Source: Octopus sinensis
Taxonomy: Eukaryota
Reading direction: 5' to 3'
Length of the DNA: 38,699 nucleotides
Assembly: GCF_006345805.1 (NCBI RefSeq)
Contig: NW_021835753.1
Location: forward strand, 1 to 38,699
Position 1 is the first letter of the stretch, and each line of letters starts with the position of its first letter. Shown here in pieces: positions 1-11,438 of the stretch. Under the pieces are notes generated by a model that saw only the letters and a program-made list of their open reading frames with translations, made no database searches and was not told the DNA's origin. Made by a program: the position numbers and the translations under genes.

Positions 1-261
1 TGTGTGCATATGTATGTGCATGAACGTGCATGCGTGTGCATGCGTGTGCATGCGTGTGTGTGCATGTGTGTGTGTGTTTGTGTAATGGGCATCCACACAC
101 AATTCATTGCTCCACCTGTGGCTGTTGTAGTAGAAGACACCTGCCTAATGTGTCACTGATTAAGATTGAATCTACAACCAAAGGCTGTCAAACAAACTTC
201 ATTCTCACACGGCTAAGGTTACCTTAACAACTAAGATATTTTTTTTACATGTCTTTTCCAG

Positions 262-2088
262 ATACTGCATCAGTGATTTGGAGTTATCCGATGAAGAGAA
301 GAGTTTCCCAGACAAGTTTGAAAATATTTCTCCAGATATTCTTCTTGATGACAGAAATGGTTTTTGTCTTCAACTAAATTGCCAAAGTGTAGAACTTGAA
401 CCTAGAGATTCTGAAAGTTTCCAGAAATACTCATTGCAACATTTTAAAGAATCTTTAGATGTTTCCAAAGACAAATCCAATAATTCTTTTGATGAAGATC
501 CTCTTGCTGCCCTCTTGGTAAAACATGAAGAACCATATGACATTCATGAAAACAGTGATGAAGAGTGTGAAGATGGAGATTTTTTAGAAAATAAAGAATT
601 CTTTGCGAAAAATTACTACACATGTTGCCAAAATCCTTCTGAAATAGTTCGTATTCCATCATGGGGTGAAAAATTGTCATCATCTGCTATGAAAGGGCAG
701 TCATTACCAGAAACTGGAATAGAAAAAGAAAACCATCCAATTAAAGAATTCTACCGAGAATCAGATGAAGATGAACTCTTCCTGATAACTGGACATATTG
801 ATTTCAGTGAAGAGAAACCTTTCCAGCAAGAATCAGAAAATCTGGCATTGAGAAGTTTGAAAGTTTCAGAATCTGGACAAAGATCAGACAAAACCATTTC
901 TTCAAAACATAGCACTAAAATTTTCCCAGAAATATTCAACATCAGTAATTCTGGTAAGGAAAATAATTTCAACCATTGTCTTTCATCTATGAACCCTGTT
1001 GAAGATCTTCAAATTCCATCTTCCTATGACAAGGAGCAAATTAAAGAAACTGGAGAATTTAACACTGAAACCAATCCTGACTTCACATTTTGGAATTATT
1101 CTTCCACACTCAATTCTTCTGTATCAGAAAATAGATTAAATGAATTGAAAGATCAATCACAAAAATATTTTGATGTCTGTACACCAAATTTACATGATGT
1201 CCACTATATCAATTTACAGATGGTCAGTCTGATATTGAAAGAAAGAACATGTTTGTCTTTTCAGCTGTTCCCAAGACAAGAATGAGATTAATTCCACAGG
1301 TAGACTACATGCGAATACATTTCTAATAAAGGATTTCACCAATTTGAAAACAGTGCAAAATGATTATATGGATCAAGAACTGTCTGATAGCAAAAGTGGA
1401 ACAAAAGCTGATGAAATTTGTCAAGAATTACCAGACAAAACAACCATTCCACTCATCCAGCATGAGTCTGCAGTTGCTGTGAGTAATAATTGTTGTAAGA
1501 GGAAGAATTCTTGTGGAAAAATGGATAAAGTAGAGAATAAAATAAAATTCCCAGAAAGTAGAGAAGTAACTCTTGAAGAAAGAGAAGAAGGAAAAGATGA
1601 GAAGATAAAAAAGGAAGAGGAAGTAGATTCAAGAACTTGGCCAACATCTGGGGAAATTCTCAAGAATTCCAGAATCAAAAGTAAGAGTGTGACTGATGTA
1701 TCATGTCATTTAACTCCTGTCAAATCAAAACACAAATCTCTTGTGGAACTCAACAAACTCCAGACTGACCAAGGATCTTCTGAAAATCTCTCCACTTTCT
1801 CTTCCGTTACGGAACTGAATGATAAACTTGTTCAGGAATCTGAAAAGAGGAGAAAAGCCACTGAACTTGTGGAAGAGTTACAGAATCAGTACAGTGACCT
1901 TCTCACACGATATGCCGATGCTGCTAATACAATCGACGAGATGCGTTTAGGCGCCAGTTCTGTCCCATTATTGTCATCTCGGAACGGATCACAAACTTTT
2001 ACAAACAACATAAATTTCTGTCGCCCCCTGGTCACATCAACACCCCTACATTCTGCCCTCTTGGCAAATCAAGACAGCCGAAACGAAG
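262..2088 (+). CDS. AKNA: AKNA-family gene, first visible exon (acidic, low-complexity region plus AKNA domain); contains an apparent +1 frameshift at 1239-1285
   Basis: Acceptor ttttccAG at 260-261, donor GAAG|GTaatc at 2089. ORFs 278-1285 and 1344-2102; the second frame is open from 1239. The motif LQNQYSDLLTRYADAANTIDEMRLGA matches the recalled AKNA-domain signature Y..LL.KYAEAENTIDQLRLGA. Confidence 0.75.
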
Positions 2089-2606
2089 GTAATCGATTTT
2101 GATGTTTGTGTTTTAGATTTAAAGGTTTCTTTTATCATATATTGTTGTTGTCACTGCTGCGACCGTCTCGGTATTTGTTGTGTTTTTGTGGAGGTGAAGC
2201 TTGTTTGATACTAGTTAAATAGGTGCAGTCAGTGTGTAATGTAATAAACGCAGAGTGACTTAATGTGTGCCGTGTTTGGTGCAGTAGCATTGAGTGCACA
2301 GTAATTGTTTAATGTGGGCCAGGTTGGGTGCACCGTGGGATTGTTTGTTAATGTGGTGAAGGCAGCGTGTCACTCAGGTCATGTTGTGTTGAGTGCAACA
2401 GGGTGAAGTGTGTCAGTGATTTGGTGTGAGTTATTTAAAGATACAAGGCAGAGTATAGTTTGTGATGCTGTTGTGAAGTGTGCAGTTTCCAGTTGGATAA
2501 AAAATATTGCATGTCTGGATCCACGGATCTGTGGATCGTATCTGCTTTGTAAACTGACGCTCTGCTCACAACACAGCTTCTTCGTCAGAGGTGATCTGAC
2601 ATGTTA

Positions 2607-2673
2607 CAAGAAGAAGAAGAAGAAGAAGAAGAAGAAGAAGAAGAAGAAGAAGAAGAAGAAGAAGAAGAAGAAG

Positions 2674-2707
<34 letters not shown>

Positions 2708-2741
2708 GCAACAACAACAGCAACAACAACAACAACAACAA
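2607..2741. repeat. Compound (AAG)n(AAC)n microsatellite
   Basis: Direct reading. Confidence 0.95.
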
Positions 2742-2785
2742 CAGTCTCTTGTAATTTACCAAAGCTTAATATTTGATATCTGATA

Positions 2786-2998
2786 AGGCAGAAAGCAAGC
2801 AGAATCGTTTACATGCCTGGCAAAAGGCTTAGTAGCATTTTGTCCATCCTCATGTTCTGAGTTCAAATCCAGCTGAGGTCAGTGGGGCCTTTCATCCTTT
2901 CAGGGTCAATAAAATATGTACCAGCTGAACACTGGAGTCGATGTAATTGACTTAGCCTCTTCCCAAAATTGCAGGCCTTGTGTCAAAATTTGAAGACA
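2786..2998 (+). mobile_element. tRNA-derived SINE, family A (diverged, alternative 3' tail)
   Basis: B-box-like GAGTTCAAATCC; body CCTTTCATCCTTTCAGGGTC...GTACCAG shared with many copies in the window. Confidence 0.75.
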
Positions 2999-3063
2999 AT
3001 ATTTGATATTTAATAAATTCATCACAGTAAATTCATTGTGGCCAATTACATTATCATGAAAGC

Positions 3064-3190
3064 ATGTGCCTAGTGGTTAGGGCATTTGGTTCTTGATCAT
3101 AAGGTTGTCAGTTCAAATCCTGAACTGGATGGTGTGTTGAGCTCTTGAGCAAGACACTTCATTTCACACTGATATAATGAGTACCAGGTG
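3064..3190 (+). mobile_element. tRNA-derived SINE fragment, family F
   Basis: TAGTGGTTAG and AGTTCAAATCC pol III boxes plus CTTGAGCAAGACACTT core; matches 38002-38333. Confidence 0.6.
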
Positions 3191-3460
3191 AGTTCTGGTG
3201 CAACCTTCTCTCCCTCCAGATGTTACATTTTTTCATGTTCCTTAAATCAAGGGTTAGGGGGCTAAAAAGGCAACAATTTCTTCCTGCAACTACCTTGACA
3301 CCTAAGACTATTAGTGAAAGTATAAAACATGTGACCAAGCCATACATGCTGATGAGTGATGGGTGGCTGTGCATTTTCATTACATCATGAAAGCAAAACA
3401 TTATCCAATCAAAGTTGGACATAGAAGATTCCTTGGAAGCATTATGAAGTGATGGCTGTT

Positions 3461-3955
3461 TTCTTCTTCTTCTTCCAATCAGGACTCACGCCATTAGCCA
3501 CAAAGAATAATCTCTAATTCAAGCCTACTCTAAGCTACTAAGAATGTGTGTGGCAACTTGAAGATCCACCCACCACACACGATAGACTGGCGGTTGCACG
3601 GGCGCGAAAGCTACATTGTTATCCTCATTCGGTAAACGGTGACTTTTAATGGGTGGAGAGCTGAACCATCCTGGAGTACAGAGGATTCGCAATCTAGACC
3701 AGGGTCTGAAAATTTACCACAACATAGTGGGTTACACCATGGTTCCTCTGCTTTGTGGCAGAAATAGGAAGAAAGAGTGAGAGAAAGTTGTGGTGAAAGA
3801 GTACGGTGGGGTTCACCACCACCCCACCGCTGGAGCCTCGTGGAGCTTAGATGTTTTTGCTCAATAAACACTCACAATGCCCAGACCGGGAATCGAAACT
3901 GCATTCTTATGACTGCGAGTCCACTGCCCTAACCACTGGGCCATTGCGCCTCCAC
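3461..3955 (-). mobile_element. tRNA-derived SINE, family E, full length with (AAG)n tail
   Basis: Reverse complement of 25426-26003; head GGAGGCGCAATGGCCCAGTGGTTAG. Confidence 0.85.
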
Positions 3956-4212
3956 ATTGCTGTTGTTGCATGGCCCAGCTGAATATAAAGCAAATACTAT
4001 CATGAGTGATATCCAAACAACAGTGGAGAAGGAACTCTACTGGATTTGAGTTAAAAAGAAATGATGTGCAATGACTGGAAGAATATTGGGTTAAGCCTGG
4101 TAGGAAGTTGATTTAGTGAGGGCGATCTCATGTCTCTCAGCGGGGTCAGTGAGGGAGCTGGTGTGCAATAATGCCAGGAGATAATGTGCCCTGAAATAGT
4201 AGACATTACCTT

Positions 4213-4445
4213 CTTATTTCTTTATTGTCCACAAGGGGCTAAACAGAAGGGACAAACAAGGACAGACAAGGGGATTAAGTCGATTATATCGACCCCAGTG
4301 CTTAACTGGTACTTAATTTATCGACCTCGAAAGGATGAAAAGCAAAGTTGACCTTGGCGAAATTTGAACTCAGAACGTAAAGGTAGACGAAACGCTGCTA
4401 AGCATTTCGCCCGGCATGCTAACGGTTCTGCCAGCATGCTGCCTT
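4213..4445 (-). mobile_element. SINE family A, full length
   Basis: Reverse complement of 22370-22606. Confidence 0.85.
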
Positions 4446-4659
4446 TACTTCCTGATAACACCATAAGCCTGCTGATGTCCAAATGTAGAGCTTTCAAGTG
4501 ATAGCTTTTGTATCTGTGAACTGTTTGCAACTAATTATGTACATGCACGCACACACAGAGACAAACACACACATACACACACACAACACACACAGACAAA
4601 CACACACACAGACAAACACACACACACACACACAAGATCTTCAAGATTTTCACTGATGA

Positions 4660-5098
4660 TTTTTGGCAACTTTTCAGCGGGATGTTGCATTTCGAGCTTT
4701 TCTCATATGATCCTACTGTGAATGCCAACCTTTATACTCAACAACTGCAGTGAGTACATGATGCTTTGAAGGCCTGCTGCTTGGCATTGGTCAATCACAG
4801 ATGCCCACTCCTACATCATCACAATGGCCCACTACACACTGCCAATGTGACCAAGTGCAAACTTGAGGGTCTGGAAGTGTTGTCTCAATCTGCCTACAAT
4901 CTAGACTTTGTGCCATCAGATTACCACCTTTCCTGAGCCATGGTTCATCTCCTGCATTGACTGAGCACCACAATGTGGATGAGGTTGAAAATGGATGCAG
5001 GAAGTTTTTTTGCTTCAAAACCAGCCAAATCGTATAAGTGTGGGATTAAGTTTTTGGTACAACAAACAATAGAATATAATGGGACATATTTTGATGAC
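4660..5098 (+). mobile_element. Mariner transposase C-terminal relic
   Basis: Degenerate peptides GMLHFELF, NANLYTQQL, DFVPSDYHLF (from PYSPDLAPSDYHLF) and YNGTYFDD*. Confidence 0.75.
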
Positions 5099-5724
5099 TA
5101 AGGTGGCAAGCTGGCAGAAACGTTAGCACACCGGGCGAAATGCGTAGCCGTATTTCATCTGCTGTTACGTTCTGAGTTCAAATTCCACCGACGTCGACTT
5201 TGCCTTTCATCCTTTCGGGGTCAATTAAATAAGTACCAGTTACGCACTGGGGTCAATATAATCGACTTAATCCGTTTGTCTGTCCTTGTTTGTCCTCTCT
5301 GTGTATATCCCCTTGTGGGCAGTAAATAAGTACCAGTTACGCACTGGGGTCGATATAATCAACTTAATCTATTTGTCTGTCCTTGTTTGTCCTCTCTGTG
5401 TTTAGCTCCTTGTGGATAGTAAAGAAATAGGTATTTCATCTGCCGTTATGTTCTGAGTTCAAATTCCGAAGAGGTTGACTTTGCCTTTCATCCTTTCGGG
5501 GTCGATTAAATAAGTACCAGTTATGCACTAAAGAAATAGGTATTTCATCTGCCGTTATGTTCTGAGTTCAAATTCCGAAGAGGTTGACTTTGCCTTTCAT
5601 CCTTTCGGGGTCGATTAAATAAGTACCAGTTATGCACTGGGGCCGATGTAATCGACTTAATCAGTTTGTCTGTCCTTGTTTGTCCCCTCTACGTTTAGCC
5701 CCTTGTGGGCAATAAAGAAATAAG
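5099..5724 (+). mobile_element. SINE family A concatemer inserted at the mariner relic end
   Basis: One full copy plus partial repeats; exact 109-bp tandem duplication 5421-5529/5530-5638; flanked by ATATTTTGATGA (5086-5097) and ATATTCTGATGA (5729-5740). Confidence 0.85.
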
Positions 5725-5822
5725 TGATATATTCTGATGAATAAATGTTTTATGTATGTTATTTGTTTGAACAATTAATTAAAGCTTGAAATACAACTCA
5801 ACTTGGAATGTGTATGTGTGTG

Positions 5823-5872
<50 letters not shown>

Positions 5873-5908
5873 TGTGTATGTGTGTGTGTGAGTGTGTATG
5901 TGTGTGTG

Positions 5909-6122
5909 TGGCCAGTGGCAGTGTTTTGTAACTGGTACCCATGCTGGTGGCATGTAAAAAGCACCCTCTACACTCTTGGAGTGGTTGGTGTCAGGAAGGG
6001 CATCCAGCTGTAGAAACCATTCCAAATCAGATCAGAACCTGGTGTAGCTCCCCAGCTTACCAGCTTTCAGTCAAACCACCCAACCCATGCAAACATGGAC
6101 AACGGATGTTAAATGATGATGA
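5909..6122 (+). mobile_element. Family C retroposon 3' part with (GAT)n tail
   Basis: GGAAGGGCATCCAGCTGTAGAAAC...CCCATGC...GGAxGTTAAATGATGATG shared by about 8 copies. Confidence 0.75.
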
Positions 6123-6139
6123 TAATATATATATATACA

Positions 6140-6171
<32 letters not shown>

Positions 6172-6191
6172 TATATATATATATATATATA

Positions 6192-6389
6192 GTTAATCCA
6201 AACAAGAAAACACAAAAAAACACAACAACGCGAGGACGTGGAACAAATATAGTATTATTGGACGCTCAGGAAAGAAGGAGGGTTTAACGTTTCGAGCGGA
6301 GCTCTTTGTCGGAAACATAGGAGAAGGAAAGATCCAGAGAAGGGAAGACAGAGGAAAAAAAATCGCCAGCGGTACACACGAGGTCACAT
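6192..6389 (-). mobile_element. About 200-bp family D element (PLE pLTR-like, hammerhead-bearing)
   Basis: Reverse complement of 12153-12350 and 9664-9851; element 3' end TTTGGATTAACT abuts (TA)n. Confidence 0.75.
6282..6316 (-). ncRNA. Minimal hammerhead motif, family D copy 1
   Basis: Minus strand reads GUUU-CCGACAA-A-GAGC-UCC-GCUC-GAAA-CGUU/AAAC. Stem II perfect; G8A relative to the family consensus. Confidence 0.6.
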
Positions 6390-6747
6390 TTTGAAAGACC
6401 GGGAGCTGTTATTTCATTGCAATGTAATCCTGCCACAAGTCAATATATGACTGTCGGTAAATTCCCCATCAAGCAATACTCATAAATAAGAATATTCTCA
6501 TACAGTATTCTTCACTTCCTGTCTTATGTGAAAAACATGTCTGACCAACTGGGTTTGGGAAAATTTTACCTCGTTTAAAAACAAATGAAGGTTAACAACT
6601 CAAAGGCCATCTGGCCATAGAAAATCTCCCTTAATGACCAATAGCCCAGTTGCCTAGCCTACTGGTCACACACCTGATATTTAAACCCTAATATTTAATT
6701 TATAAGTTGTTGTATTATTCATTTCATTGTCAAATTCTTTTCTCCAG

Positions 6748-6896
6748 GGTGTATGAAGTCTGGTTTCCATGGAAATAGTGAATCGAAGAAATTTCAACAA
6801 GGAGGGAACCATGACCTCGAATCCCCAAAATATGTATCAAAGGCAGAAAGTATTAAAATAACACTGCTGAAGGAAGCAAGCAATCTTGAGAAAATG
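6748..6896 (+). CDS. AKNA: AKNA-like exon 2 (GCMKSGFHG...SNLEKM)
   Basis: ttctccAG acceptor, ATG|GTaaca donor; 149 nt, open frame, bridges phase 1 to phase 0 exactly. Confidence 0.8.
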
Positions 6897-7539
6897 GTAA
6901 CAATTAACTCACTGTTCTTGGAGTGAGCAATTCTTTTGGTTTCAGTGTTTCTATTTAGAGTGCTCAGGAAGTGAAACAGGGTCACAGGTTTAACAAAACC
7001 ACTGTCTGTTGCTCAACTCATTTATCATTTATCAGAGAGAGAGATAGCAGTCGTCAGCTGCTATCTCTCTCTCTCTCTCTGTATAATAGGTGGAGTATAC
7101 ACCTTGGATTAGTTGTTAGTAAGTTATTTATTAATAAGTTCTATTGAATGGCCCACCCTGGGGTGATGCTGTCTGAGCTGTCGACTTTTGATATAATAAT
7201 TATATATATATCAACTACTCTATCTAGCATATCAAATTCTATATCAGATACAATTCAAGGTACATAAAATATATTTCTAATATCGGTAACCTAGTTATAA
7301 GTTTTCACTGTGTATCAACCATAGAGAATCGAGGCACATAAATCCATGACAGGTAAGTCCATGACAGGTAAAAAAAGTGTGCATGGGAATTTAATGCCTA
7401 TTTTATAACTCTTGATTTACTGATATGAAAAAAGGAGAAATTTGTAATAGTGAAAGTTAAAACTGGAACATAGTTGTGCCTTTAATAAAACTTATATAAA
7501 AGAATAGCTGTTTTACATATATATATATATATATATATA

Positions 7540-7700
7540 TCATCATCATCATCATCATCATCATCATTTAACGTCCGCTTTCCATGCTAGCATGGGTTGG
7601 ACGGTTCAACTGGGGTCTGGGGAGCCCGAAGGCTGCACCAGGCCAGTCAGATCTGGCAGTGTTTCTACAGCTGGATGCCCTTCCTAACGCCAACCACTCC
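7540..7700 (-). mobile_element. Family C retroposon 3' end
   Basis: (CAT)n then TTTAACGTCCGCTTTCCATGCTAGCATGGG. Confidence 0.8.
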
Positions 7701-8076
7701 GATATATATATATATATATTATATTATATATATATATTATCCTTTATAATTATATTTATATTTATATATATTTTCTTTTTTGTGATCCCAACTTCATTAA
7801 TGTTTCATCCCCTTCCCCCCTTTCCCTTTTTTCTCTTTCTCTCAACATCCAATTCCTTCCCTTACATGAAGGAATCTACCCAGTATTCATTCTATATCGA
7901 GTGAAAAAATGGTATGGACGATTTGTTTTGGAGTCTAATAATACCATGTACGCCTATGAAGATTTACAAACATACTTTCCCAATGATACTCGGTTTACCT
8001 ACCATTATAAACAATACCAAATGGTTTTTCTCAAACCTTTCATAATGTGATACAAGTCTTTGGTGTAGCAATTGCA

Positions 8077-8170
8077 TGCGGCTGAAGAGGGCTTTAAACT
8101 ATCTGTTATGTCGATTATACATTGATGTAAGAATAAGTTGTTTTATAAAGCTCAAAACATATGTATCGCA
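8077..8170 (+). ncRNA. Type I hammerhead ribozyme with G12A lesion
   Basis: UGCGG-CUGAAGA-GGGCUUUA...UAAAGCUC-AAAA-CAUAUG-UA/UCGCA. Stem I 5 bp, stem II 8 bp, palindromic stem III ACAUAUGU; GAAA reads AAAA (CpG-type change). Confidence 0.75.
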
Positions 8171-8285
8171 ACATCCTTGTGTCCTGTTTTTCATTGATTT
8201 CATTTGATACATATATAGATAGATAGATAGATATGGATATAGACGTGTGTTTGTGTGTGTCTGTGTGTATAGTTATGTACAGATA

Positions 8286-8430
8286 TATGAATACATGTAT
8301 ATCTAACTGGCACTTCATCGGTTACAGCGACAATCAACAGAACAGCCGCTTGTGAAATTAATTTGCAAGTGGCTGAGTGCTCCACAAACACGTACACTCT
8401 TAACGTAGTTCTCAGAGAGATTCAGTGAGA
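8286..8430. mobile_element. Fragment of another interspersed repeat, followed by a Tigger/pogo-like terminus at about 8452-8510
   Basis: TCGGTTAC...GCAAGTGGCTGAG...TTAACGTAGTTCTC resembles a recalled octopus repeat; CAGTGATCCCTCGCTAC resembles Tigger TIRs. Recall only. Confidence 0.4.
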
Positions 8431-8658
8431 TTATATCATTGCAGTGATCCCTCGCTACTTTGCGGTTCAACTATCGCAGATTCACGACTTCGCGGATTTT
8501 AAAAATATATATATATGAACACCTAAAAGTTTTCATAGGATACCATAGATATATAAATACCAAATCCAATTTAAACCAGAGATCTGACTCATGGCTGGTT
8601 CTAGGTACAACATAGGTAGAAATAGAACACATTTAAACCCTATTTGTGTATCTATATA

Positions 8659-8687
8659 TCATCATCATCATCATCATCATCTTCATC

Positions 8688-8718
<31 letters not shown>

Positions 8719-8820
8719 TTATCGTCATCGTCGTCATCGTCGTCATCATCATGATCATCATCGTCATCATCATCATCATCATCATAATCATCATCATCGT
8801 CATCATCATCATCGTCGTCG

Positions 8821-8873
<53 letters not shown>

Positions 8874-8958
8874 GTCATCATCGTCATCATCATCATCATC
8901 ATCGTCATCATCATCATCATCATCATCATCATCGTCATCGTCATCATCGTCGTCGTCG

Positions 8959-8994
<36 letters not shown>

Positions 8995-9190
8995 CCATCA
9001 TCACTATCATCATCGTCATCATTTAACATTCGTTTCCCATGTTGGTTTGGGTCAGACAGTTTGACTTGAACTGGCAAGCAGGAGAGCTGCACCAGGTTCC
9101 AATCTGATTTGGTTTCTAGGGCTGGATGCCATTCCTAGTACCAATCACTTTACAGAGAGTGCTGCATGCTTTTAATGTGGCACCAGCATG
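8659..9190 (-). mobile_element. Family C retroposon with about 365-bp expanded (CAT/CGT)n tail
   Basis: (CAT)n 8659-9022 followed by TTTAACATTCGTTTCCCATG and the family C body. Confidence 0.75.
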
Positions 9191-9225
9191 AGTACTTTAT
9201 ATATATATGCATATATATATAGCAC

Positions 9226-9655
9226 CATCCAAGCGTGATCGTTGCCAGAGCAGCTAATTGGCTTCTATGCCGGTGGCACGTAAAAGGCACCATTCGAGTG
9301 TGATCGTTACCAGTGTCACCTTACTGGCACTTGTGCTGGTGGCATGTGAAAAAACATTCAAGCAAGGTCGTTGCCAGTGCCGCTGGACTGGCACCTGTGC
9401 AGGTGGCACATAAAAAGCACCATTTGAGTGTGGCCATTGCCAGTACCGCCTGACTGGCCCTCGTGCCGGTGGCACATAAAAGCACCCACTACACTCTCGG
9501 AGTGGTTGGCATTAGGAAAGGCATCCAGTTGTAGAAACTCTGCCAGATCAAGATTGGTGCCTGGTGCAGCCATCTGGTTCACCAGACCTCAGTCAAGTGG
9601 TCCAACCCATGCTAGCATGGAAGGCAGACATTAAACGATGATGATGATGATGATA
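9226..9655 (+). mobile_element. Family C retroposon, longer copy with internal GTGCCxCCxGCAC subrepeats
   Basis: Reverse complement similarity to 29437-29818 and 33199-33498. Confidence 0.8.
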
Positions 9656-9663
9656 TATATGTA

Positions 9664-9851
9664 TGTTGGCGATTTTTCTCCTCTGTCTTCCCTTCTCTGG
9701 GTCTTTCCTTCTCCTATGTTTCCGACGAAGATCTCCACTCGAAACGTTAAACCCTCCTTCTTTCCTTCTTTCCAGAGCATCCAATAATACTATACTTGTT
9801 CCACATCCTTGTGTTGTTGTGTTTGTTTGTGCTTTCTTGTTTGGATTAACT
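9664..9851 (+). mobile_element. Family D element, slightly 5'-truncated
   Basis: Same sequence as the other two copies; followed by (TA)n(GA)n. Confidence 0.75.
9718..9752 (+). ncRNA. Minimal hammerhead motif, family D copy 2
   Basis: GUUU-CCGACGA-A-GAUC-UCC-ACUC-GAAA-CGUU/AAAC; two of four stem II pairs broken. Confidence 0.55.
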
Positions 9852-9852
9852 T

Positions 9853-9920
<68 letters not shown>

Positions 9921-10048
9921 TAAAGATAGATAGACAGATAGATATGTATAGATACATACACACATACACACAAACATACATATATATACACACGTGTATA
10001 TATTAATAAATCTGTTCCTGCATTCTCTCATTCTTTATCTTTATTTAT

Positions 10049-10089
<41 letters not shown>

Positions 10090-10139
10090 CTTCTCTGTCT
10101 CATTCCTTCTTTGTTTTCTTCTCATTTTTTTTCGTTAAG

Positions 10140-10616
10140 ATAAATTCTCTGGAGACCTTGCTGGAGCAAAACCAACTGACTCACAAAGAACAGAAGAAAT
10201 TCTTTGAAAAAGTTTGCACAGAGCAGAACAAACAGCGCCGGCAATACCTTCGCATTAAAGAAGAATTCGTAATTAAAGGTGCAGCCAACGGCAACGCATT
10301 TGATGAAGACAAAGAACTGGAAGGGTGCCTCTTTGATCTCCAGATGAGATTTGATGAACTTGAGGAGAAATATCAGAACGTACAGGACAATTTGAAAGAG
10401 CCATTCCAGTCAGGTGACTGTTGTAGTCCAGTCGATAGTTTAGATGGGACGAAAGAAAGTGAAAATGTCCCAGAAGATGGAATAATGAATGACAGTTATG
10501 AAGCAAGGAAAGAGAAGTTTCTGGTTCAATACAATGTATTGATGGATAAATATTGGCAGCTGAAGTTGAGCGGAACTCTTGATGATGGGGACCAAGAAAT
10601 GAAGGAAATCACAGAG
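10140..10616 (+). CDS. AKNA: AKNA-like exon 3 (coiled coil)
   Basis: Long pyrimidine tract then ttAG; GAG|GTaagt donor; 477 nt, phase 0-0. [24 protein letters not shown] resembles the recalled AKNA motif FDP.RELEAEIYRLG..LEELKE. Confidence 0.85.
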
Positions 10617-10654
10617 GTAAGTATGTACCTGTTGTGAATGTTATATTCTTCTCT

Positions 10655-10711
10655 TTCATATACATATATATATATATTATATTATATATATATATATATA
10701 TATAATATATA

Positions 10712-10755
<44 letters not shown>

Positions 10756-10876
10756 TATATATGTATATATATATATATATGTATATATTATATATATGTA
10801 TATATATATATGTATATATATATATATGTATGTATATATATGTATATATATATATATGTATATATATATATGTATA

Positions 10877-10918
<42 letters not shown>
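10655..10918. repeat. (TA)n microsatellite with TG interruptions
   Basis: Direct reading. Confidence 0.95.
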
Positions 10919-10919
<1 letters not shown>

Positions 10920-11214
10920 TGGTTCCCAACCACATGGTTCCAGGTTCAATCCCACTGCATTGCCACTTTTGCAAGTATCTTCTGCTGTAGCATATTCATA
11001 GTTGAGTAAATCAAATAATTGGTAATGACCTCACACGGACATGAGCTTTGTGTGAGTTGTTTAAAAGTAGTTAGACTTTCAGAAACATTGTCTCGTAATA
11101 TCATAGAAAAATGGAAGGAAATGTCTATGTGGAGCTGATATTGCAAGAAAAGCAGCTAAATTTACCTCTAACCATTTCCTATCATCTCCTATATAAGAGC
11201 ATGACATATTGGTT

Positions 11215-11438
11215 CCAAATTTTGGCACAAGGTCAGTAAGTTCAGTGAAGGGGTTAAATTGATTACATTAATCCCTGCATTAATCCCTGGTACTCAACTG
11301 GTACTGATTTTATCAACCCTGGAAGATTGAAAGACAAAGTTGACCTCAGCAGCATTTGAACTCAGAACTCGAAGACGGACGAAATGTCACAAAGACTTTT
11401 GCCCAGTAGGGTAATGATTCTCCCAGCTTGCCGCCTTA
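11215..11438 (-). mobile_element. SINE family A (diverged)
   Basis: ATTTGAACTCAGAAC and CCCAGCTTGCCGCCTT head on the minus strand. Confidence 0.7.

Noticed and set aside
2530-2595. Minus strand CTGACGAAG plus a 6-bp stem
   Set aside because: Followed by ACAAAG rather than GAAA, with no stem III or stem I partner found.
3955-3970. Shared CAACAGCA upstream of two family E SINEs as a target motif
   Set aside because: Absent at the 19719 copy, and the apparent 3' match at 26007 belongs to an adjacent family B SINE.
7872-8048. Open frame as a candidate host exon
   Set aside because: Available acceptors give phase 1 whereas exons 2 and 3 join in phase 0, and the frame ends in a stop.
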